A DNA stretch of 64,000 nucleotides, taken from Spirochaetia bacterium (GTDB taxonomy: Bacteria; Spirochaetota; Spirochaetia; UBA9216). The stretch is taken from positions 1,536,001-1,600,000 of the forward strand of contig CAXXYH010000003.1 in the NCBI GenBank assembly GCA_963677925.2, read 5' to 3'. The notes beneath the pieces are model-generated. The model was not told the origin of the DNA. It was given only the letters and a program-made list of their open reading frames with translations, and ran no database searches. Below, piece after piece: positions 57,841 through 64,000 of this stretch. Position 1 is the stretch's first letter. Every line of letters starts with the position of its first letter. The position numbers were made by a program, and so were the translations under genes.

Positions 57841-58698
57841 CTACTGAATATTCCTGCCATTGAGATAACTCATCCAGTAGAAGAAGGCTACAAATACCCC
57901 GCCGCCAATGATATTTCCAAGCGTTACCGGAATAAGATTGCTTAAAAAGAAACTCTTCCAGCCAAGCACTGACAGAGCTTCAGCAGTCAGACCGTGCGCC
58001 GCAGCAGCACTCATCATTGCTTCACTTCCCTTAGCGATTATTCCAGCCGGAATATAATACATGTTCGCTATGCTGTGCTCAAAGCCCGAGGTTATAAACA
58101 GCCATATCGGAAAAAATATTGCAAAGATTTTTCCGGTTATATCCTTTGCTCCCCAGGCCATCCATACTGCAAGGCAGACCAGCCAGTTGCACATGATGCC
58201 AAGTACAAAAGCCTTCGTAAATGAAAGATTAACCTTGTACAGCGCTATCTTCATCGTGACAACTCCAAGTCCGCCGGCGCTGCTCTCAAACAGTCCGGAG
58301 AGATTCATTAACCAGGCTATAAATACACTGCCTAAAAAGTTTCCGACATACACAAATAACCAGTTCTTAAGCATCTTTGTGACTCTCACCCTCCGCTCAA
58401 GCACCCCTGCAACTATAAGCACGTTCCCGGTAAACAGCTCTCCGCCGGCAATAACTACCAGCATAAGTCCTGTTCCGAAAATCGCTCCGGCCAGCGCTTT
58501 CCCAAGTCCGTATGTATCTGCATTCGCAAATAAGTTGAATGCTGCCACATTGGAACCTTCCGCTGCAAAGGCTATGAAGGCTCCGGCAAGAAATCCCAGC
58601 ATCAGCATTTTCAGAATGCTCAGTTCTGATTTCTTTATTCCGTTATTTACTGTTTCCTCCGCTATCTCAGGCGGTGTCAGAAAGTTTTTATCACCCAA
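57841..58698 (-). CDS. Formate/nitrite transporter (FdhC-like)
   Basis: GGELFTGN, GIMCNWLVC, GFEHSIANM, TLGNIIGG. Confidence 0.92.
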   Translation of the reverse strand: MGDKNFLTPPEIAEETVNNGIKKSELSILKMLMLGFLAGAFIAFAAEGSNVAAFNLFANADTYGLGKALAGAIFGTGLMLVVIAGGELFTGNVLIVAGVLERRVRVTKMLKNWLFVYVGNFLGSVFIAWLMNLSGLFESSAGGLGVVTMKIALYKVNLSFTKAFVLGIMCNWLVCLAVWMAWGAKDITGKIFAIFFPIWLFITSGFEHSIANMYYIPAGIIAKGSEAMMSAAAAHGLTAEALSVLGWKSFFLSNLIPVTLGNIIGGGVFVAFFYWMSYLNGRNIQ

Positions 58699-58710
58699 TT
58701 TATTCCCCCT

Positions 58711-59340
58711 TTATGTTTCCAACTGATTTCTGACCTTATGATAAATTGAGTTAGCCAATACAGTTCCTTTTACTTCAATATCTTTCAGTCGTTTTTCAAA
58801 TTTGTATTTAAGCTCTTCGTCCTTCATTATTTTTGTATTTATAAGAACATTAAGACCAGCCCCCTGCAGTGCTGCCTTGCAGAAAAGGGCTCCGGTACCT
58901 GCATCACTTACTGCCAGGCTGCTGCCTTTTTCCGCATACTGCTCAAGCAGCTTCAGGGCTTCAACAGCGCATTGCGCTATTTCCAGCGGGACCTCTGCAG
59001 CAGCTTTAAGTACAGACTGCAGTCTTTCATCTTTCAGCCTTTTCTCATCATCGCTCTGAGACGGCAGGCGGTAGGCTTCTGAAAGCGGTTCAAAGACCTC
59101 GGCATCCCTTTGCACAAGTTTACAGAACCTTTCTGAAAGAGCCTCCGATTCGGTTAACAGTTTTTGTATATCATCCTCAACAGCTGCATACTTTTTCTTG
59201 CCGACTGTAAGATGTCCAACCATACTCCCCAGTGCCGTCCCAAGCGCTCCGGCATAGGCCGAAGCTCCGTCGCCTCCGGGTACCGCAGCCTTTGAGCCAA
59301 GCTCTTTCAGAAAATCTGTGCAGCTGTTATCAAGTATCAC
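58711..59340 (-). CDS. fchA: Methenyl-THF cyclohydrolase / cyclodeaminase C-domain protein
   Basis: VPGGDGASA, LTVGKKKY, AYRLP, VPLEIA, AVSDAG, LNVLINT; next to folD and fhs. Confidence 0.82.
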   Translation of the reverse strand: MILDNSCTDFLKELGSKAAVPGGDGASAYAGALGTALGSMVGHLTVGKKKYAAVEDDIQKLLTESEALSERFCKLVQRDAEVFEPLSEAYRLPSQSDDEKRLKDERLQSVLKAAAEVPLEIAQCAVEALKLLEQYAEKGSSLAVSDAGTGALFCKAALQGAGLNVLINTKIMKDEELKYKFEKRLKDIEVKGTVLANSIYHKVRNQLET

Positions 59341-60212
59341 AGGCTTACTGCCCCGGCAGATATTTCATTGGATTTCTCACAGGAGACCACTACATGCGAC
59401 AACAGTATTGTCGTTGTTATAAGTCCTACCCCGCCCACGGCCGGAGTGATGAAGCACACTTTCGACGCCGCTTCATCAAAATCCACATCACCGCAGATCC
59501 CCCCATCACCGTCATCGTTTATACCCACATCCACCACTACCGATTCTTCTGTAAAATAACTGCTGTCCATCATCCTTGCACGGCCGGCTGCAGCAACTAC
59601 TATATCGGCTCTTCTGGTAACTGTACTCAGCTCCCAGGTTTTTGAATGGCAGATTGTCACTGTTGCATTTTCATCAAGCATAAGCATCGCAAGAGGTTTT
59701 CCGACAACCGTACTGCGGCCGACAACGGCAACCTCGGCTCCTGCAAGCGGTATTTCATAATGCTTTAACAGCCTTACTACAGCTTCAGGCGTGCAGGGAT
59801 TAAAGCCTTCGTTTCCGCCTCTGAAGACCCTTTCGAGGTTCACCGGATTCATGCAGTCTATATCCTTGCCAGGCAGGATGCTCCGGCATACAAGCTCTTC
59901 ATCTATATGTGAGGGCAGCGGTCGAAACAGCATTATTCCATTTACCAGGCTGTCCCTGTTTGCATGCTGTATATTTTTAATCAGTTCGCCTGTCGTGATG
60001 TCCCTGGATAGAACATCACGGCGGGCAGTTAAGCCAATCAATTCACAATTTTTCAATATACCTTTTTCATACGAAATATCGTCTTCTCTTTCCCCTACCC
60101 TGAGTATCAATATTGAAGGATTGATTCCCCGGTTCTTCAATACACTGATTCTGTTTTTCAGTTCCTCGCGCAAAGAGTCGACTACAGGTTTTCCCTTAAG
60201 TACAGTCCCCAC
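59337..60212 (-). CDS. folD: Methylene-THF dehydrogenase/cyclohydrolase
   Basis: KDIDC, PCTP, VGRSTVVGKP, TVTICHSKT, VVDVGIN, GDVDF, GGVG. Confidence 0.92.
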   Translation of the reverse strand: MGTVLKGKPVVDSLREELKNRISVLKNRGINPSILILRVGEREDDISYEKGILKNCELIGLTARRDVLSRDITTGELIKNIQHANRDSLVNGIMLFRPLPSHIDEELVCRSILPGKDIDCMNPVNLERVFRGGNEGFNPCTPEAVVRLLKHYEIPLAGAEVAVVGRSTVVGKPLAMLMLDENATVTICHSKTWELSTVTRRADIVVAAAGRARMMDSSYFTEESVVVDVGINDDGDGGICGDVDFDEAASKVCFITPAVGGVGLITTTILLSHVVVSCEKSNEISAGAVSL

Positions 60213-60222
60213 TATTTTCTCC

Positions 60223-61893
60223 TCAGGATAGTCCTGTTATTTCTCCGTTTGAATCTATATCCATTCCACAGGCTGCAGGTACCCTCGGCAGCCCGGGCAT
60301 GGTCATTATTTCTCCTGTGATTGCAACTATAAAGCCGGCTCCGGCTGATACTCTTATCTCTCTTACCGTTACCCGAAATCCGCGCGGGGCGCCTAAGAGG
60401 GCGGCATTGTCGGAAAAAGAGTACTGGGTCTTCGCCATGCATATGGGCATCTTATCAAGCCCAAGCTTTTCTATGTCGCTTATCTGTTTCTTTGCTGATG
60501 CTGTAAAATCTACCCCATCTGCATGATAGATGGATTTGGCTATCACGCTTATCTTTTCCTCTATGCTGCTTTCACTATCATAAAGCGTATGGAAATCGGC
60601 TTTTCCGCTTTCACATATTTCAACTACTTTTTTTGCAAGCTCTATGCCGCCCTCTCCGCCTTTTGCAAATACTTCAGACAGCACTACTGAAGCTCCAAGA
60701 GCACCGCATCTTTTTTCGATAAGTTTAAGTTCAGCTTCTGTATCTGCGGGAAAGCGGTTTATGGCAACAACTGCCGGAACTCCGAACAGGGCGAGGTTTT
60801 CAAGGTGCTGCTCAAGGTTCACAATTCCGCTTCCAAGCGCTTCGAGATTCTCTGCTCCAAGTTCGCTCTTTGCTATGCCTCCGTTCATCTTAAGCGCCTT
60901 TACTGTTGCTACAATTACTACGGCATCGGGTTTAAGACCTGCATACCTGCATTTTATATTGAAGAACTTTTCTGCTCCCAGGTCGGCTCCGAATCCGGCT
61001 TCGGTTACAACATAGTCAGCCAGTTTAAGCGCTGTACGCGTTGCTACTACCGAGTTGCATCCGTGGGCTATGTTTGCAAAGGGCCCGCCGTGGATGAAGG
61101 CCGGAGTATTCTCAATCGTCTGCACAAGGTTGGGTTTTATTGCATCTTTTAAAAGCAGCGTCATTGCACCAGTTGCTCCAAGGTCTCCGGCTGTTACTGC
61201 CTTGCCGCTGTTGTCATAGGCTACTACCATTCTTGATATCCTTGTCTTTAGATCATCAAGACCGGTTGCAAGACAGAGAATCGCCATTATCTCGGAAGCC
61301 ACTGTAATATCAAAACCGTCCTGGCGGGTTACTCCGTCTCCCTTTGCTCCAAGTCCGACAATAATGTTTCTAAGCGCCCGGTCGTTCATATCAACTACAC
61401 GGCGCCATACTATACGCTTGGGGTTTATTCCAAACTCATTTCCCTGCTGCAGGTGGTTGTCTACCATGGCTGCAAGCAGATTATGTGCCGCTGATATTGC
61501 ATGAAAGTCTCCGGTAAAATGCAGGTTGATATCTTCCATCGGTACTACCTGCGCGTACCCGCCTCCAGCTGCTCCGCCTTTTACTCCGAACACAGGCCCC
61601 AGACTGGGCTCCCTCAGCGTTGTCATTGTCTTTTTTCCTATCTTGTTAAGCGCCATGGAAAGTCCTACATTCGTGGTGGTTTTTCCCTCGCCGGCAGGGG
61701 TCGGGTTGATTGCAGTTACCAGTATCAGCTTCGCGTCTTTTTTATTTTCAAGTCTTTTCAGCACATCAAGCGATACCTTCGCCTTGTACTTTCCGTACAT
61801 TTCAAGTTCATCGTCTTCGATTCCAAGCTCAGATGCTAGCTCTGACACCGGTTTCATCTTTGCTTCCTGTGCGATCTGTACATCAGTTTTCAT
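60223..61893 (-). CDS. fhs: Formate--tetrahydrofolate ligase
   Basis: [51 protein letters not shown]; ATG 61893 after AGGAGG. Confidence 0.96.
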   Translation of the reverse strand: MKTDVQIAQEAKMKPVSELASELGIEDDELEMYGKYKAKVSLDVLKRLENKKDAKLILVTAINPTPAGEGKTTTNVGLSMALNKIGKKTMTTLREPSLGPVFGVKGGAAGGGYAQVVPMEDINLHFTGDFHAISAAHNLLAAMVDNHLQQGNEFGINPKRIVWRRVVDMNDRALRNIIVGLGAKGDGVTRQDGFDITVASEIMAILCLATGLDDLKTRISRMVVAYDNSGKAVTAGDLGATGAMTLLLKDAIKPNLVQTIENTPAFIHGGPFANIAHGCNSVVATRTALKLADYVVTEAGFGADLGAEKFFNIKCRYAGLKPDAVVIVATVKALKMNGGIAKSELGAENLEALGSGIVNLEQHLENLALFGVPAVVAINRFPADTEAELKLIEKRCGALGASVVLSEVFAKGGEGGIELAKKVVEICESGKADFHTLYDSESSIEEKISVIAKSIYHADGVDFTASAKKQISDIEKLGLDKMPICMAKTQYSFSDNAALLGAPRGFRVTVREIRVSAGAGFIVAITGEIMTMPGLPRVPAACGMDIDSNGEITGLS

Positions 61894-62040
61894 TATGTAA
61901 TTACCTCCTGCAATAATCAGATTCAAGTTAATTATTGTAGAGATTTTAAGGTAAGAGATTTTTCGGGTATATACGCAGAATTATGTATTTTAATATATGT
62001 GTATTTTTATAAAAGCTTTGTTTATCATTATTAAATATTA

Positions 62041-63081
62041 TCAGTTATTCATAAGAAAAACTGTGAAAGAGCTGCCTTTCCCCTGGCTGCTTTCAACCTC
62101 AATTCGTCCCTGACAAAGAATCAGAATCCTGTGCACTATGGATAAACCAAGGCCCAGACCGGGCTGCCGGCTGTTTGCTTTGTCCTGAAAATACTTTTCA
62201 AAAATACGAGTTTTCGCTTCTTCATCCATTCCTATACCCTTATCTGTTATTGAAAAAACAATCTCGCCATTCTTGGAGCTGAGAGATATTGATATATTTC
62301 CGCCAGGGCTGGAATATTTAACTGCATTATCCAGCAGATTTATCCAGATATGTTTCATAAGCTCCGGATTTCCGGAATACTTGACCGGACTCAAATCTAC
62401 AGATAATTCGATTTCTTTTTTATTAATCTGAGGCATAAGCAGAATTACAGATTCACGTACCTGTTCATCCAGCTGAAAATAAGTCTGATTCAGGATAATA
62501 TGCTGAGATTCCAGCTTTGTGATGAGCAGAGCATTGTCGGAAAGACTGGCCAGTCTTTTAGATTCGGAAGTTATTATATCAAGATATTTCCACGCTTCTT
62601 CCTCCGGGAGCTCTTCATCCCTCAGAATAGTGGAAAATCCATTAATTGACGTGATCGGGGTTTTAAACTCATGGGAAAAGTGATTAATAAAATCATCTCT
62701 CAGAGTCTGAACACCCTCAAGTTCCGAAGCCATTTTATTAAAATTCCGGAACAGCTCAGACATGGCCCCGGCATCTGATTCATCCAGCCTGACAGAAAAA
62801 TCTCCATCAGCTACTGTTGTAATACCGTTCATCAGCTGGTTGATGTATTTACTGCTGATCTTTATAAAATTATAAGATACCAGCCACATGAATAGACTCA
62901 TGGGGCCAATCATTCCAAGAGCATCGATAGGATCATATTTCCAGTTGTGTTTAATTATGCCGTTTACGAAAAACTCAACCAGTAGGAAAGTCATCACGGA
63001 TATAATTACAATTATCACAGACTGCAGAATCATCCACCTTCTCAAAGGCTTGTTTTTCATGATTTTTGTTTTCTGCTTCAT
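62041..63081 (-). CDS. HAMP-domain sensor histidine kinase
   Basis: Two TM, HAMP, SHEFKTP, NLLDNAVKY, DKGIG, GLGLGL. Confidence 0.92.
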   Translation of the reverse strand: MKQKTKIMKNKPLRRWMILQSVIIVIISVMTFLLVEFFVNGIIKHNWKYDPIDALGMIGPMSLFMWLVSYNFIKISSKYINQLMNGITTVADGDFSVRLDESDAGAMSELFRNFNKMASELEGVQTLRDDFINHFSHEFKTPITSINGFSTILRDEELPEEEAWKYLDIITSESKRLASLSDNALLITKLESQHIILNQTYFQLDEQVRESVILLMPQINKKEIELSVDLSPVKYSGNPELMKHIWINLLDNAVKYSSPGGNISISLSSKNGEIVFSITDKGIGMDEEAKTRIFEKYFQDKANSRQPGLGLGLSIVHRILILCQGRIEVESSQGKGSSFTVFLMNN

Positions 63082-63761
63082 TTACCAACCTCTTCAGTTA
63101 TCTCAGCCTTATAACCTATCCCGCGGACTGCAACAATTTCAATTTCATTAAACATCTTTAATCTGTTTCTAAGTCTGCTTACATGGGTTTTAACAGTGTC
63201 TTCACCGCTTTCGGTAGTAAAACCCCAGATATCATCAAGCAGCTGATTTTTTGTAAAGATCTGCCCCTTGTATGAAAGCAGCTTGAACAGCAGGTCAAAT
63301 TCCTTCTTTGATAATTCAATCTTCTGCTCATTATTTGAAACAGTGTAGGTTGACGAATCTATTACAAGCTCCCCTTCGATAATTTTATTACTTACAGCTA
63401 TATTTGATCGGCGTAGAAGCGCTTTTATCCGCCAGACAAGTTCCTCGGGATCAACAGGTTTTGTCAGAAAATCATCAGTACCCTTTGAAAAACCCGTCCT
63501 TTTTGCATCAAACGACTGATTGGCTGTCAGAATAATAACAGGGAACTGAAACCCGAGCTTTCTGATATTCTGGAGCAGTGTAAAACCGTCCATTACAGGC
63601 ATTTCAATATCAGCAATCAGAAGATCAATCGAACGCGATCGAATTATTTCAAGCGCCTGCGCACCATCCGGTGAGCTTATCACATTAAAATTGGACCTCA
63701 GTTTTCGACTTATCAGAAGCTGAACATTCTCATCATCTTCAGCAAAAAGGATGGTTGCCAT
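63078..63761 (-). CDS. OmpR-family response regulator
   Basis: AEDD, DIEMP, KP, winged-helix TVKTHVSRLR, VRGIGY. Confidence 0.93.
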   Translation of the reverse strand: MATILFAEDDENVQLLISRKLRSNFNVISSPDGAQALEIIRSRSIDLLIADIEMPVMDGFTLLQNIRKLGFQFPVIILTANQSFDAKRTGFSKGTDDFLTKPVDPEELVWRIKALLRRSNIAVSNKIIEGELVIDSSTYTVSNNEQKIELSKKEFDLLFKLLSYKGQIFTKNQLLDDIWGFTTESGEDTVKTHVSRLRNRLKMFNEIEIVAVRGIGYKAEITEEVGK

Positions 63762-63831
63762 CTTAAAAACTCCGGAGCAAGATTATTATACATAATAGAA
63801 TCTTATCTCCGGAACCACAAGATGACTATTG

Positions 63832-64000
63832 TTATACAGCTACTTTGTTCTTTTTCAATTTCAGGCCATCAACCGAGTTCATTATACCGCCGTGGTTTGC
63901 AGCCATGACTTTACTGATCATAGCGGCAGCCTTCAAGGGAGCTAACCTGTAAAGAATATCCATCATTTTGGCATCGGATCCGACAAGGACCTTGGCCTTG
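63832..64000 (-). CDS. C-terminus of a probable SDR oxidoreductase (begins beyond the right edge)
   Basis: KAKVLVGSDAKMMDILYRLAPLKAAAMISKVM...KVAV*, resembling SDR tails. Confidence 0.6.
   Translation of the reverse strand, partial: KAKVLVGSDAKMMDILYRLAPLKAAAMISKVMAANHGGIMNSVDGLKLKKNKVAV

Noticed and set aside
58061-58726. 221 aa plus-strand ORF and the many other short ORFs overlapping called genes
   Set aside because: These are antisense or alternate-frame shadows of clearly identifiable genes, with no motifs of their own.
61894-62040. THF or ZTP riboswitch upstream of fhs
   Set aside because: The region is short and AT-rich with no recognisable conserved helices; an Rfam scan would be needed to exclude it fully.
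63771-63813. Imperfect hairpin between the SDR and the response regulator
   Set aside because: Several mismatches and no U tract; cannot be distinguished from chance or a simple processing stem.

Overview
64 kb of bacterial chromosome, probably from a free-living anaerobic Spirochaetales-type organism. This is inferred from 'FASGxQE/AGGQQD' solute-binding signal peptides, spirochete-style lipoproteins and a spirochete-type MCP tail. No rRNA, tRNA, CRISPR array or transposase was seen. Left to right: a LacI-controlled TRAP/Zn-dehydrogenase/UroD-like catabolic operon; a compact four-gene chaperone-usher pilus operon (pilin, chaperone, usher, two-domain tip pilin); an AT-rich UroD-like + SLC13 transporter pair; a ProU/OpuA betaine ABC transporter; ribokinase; an M29 aminopeptidase; a two-gene unit encoding a beta-barrel/transglutaminase-like/TPR protein and a ~1960 aa Ig-repeat lipoprotein; etfB-etfA-acyl-CoA dehydrogenase; a Cthe_2159/VTC/DUF4956 operon; an acetoin/2-oxoacid dehydrogenase complex with a frameshifted E1-alpha; an unannotated 55 aa lipoprotein; an AbfD-like dehydratase + LysR; four orphan HisKA_2 kinases; a heavily deleted relic copy of the SDR-regulator-kinase locus at the right end; an MCP relic; and an fhs-folD-fchA-formate channel operon. 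The best candidates for undescribed systems are the cysteine-free chaperone-usher pilus in a probable spirochete and the barrel-transglutaminase-TPR/giant lipoprotein pair. All family calls come from motif recognition by eye, not database searches.
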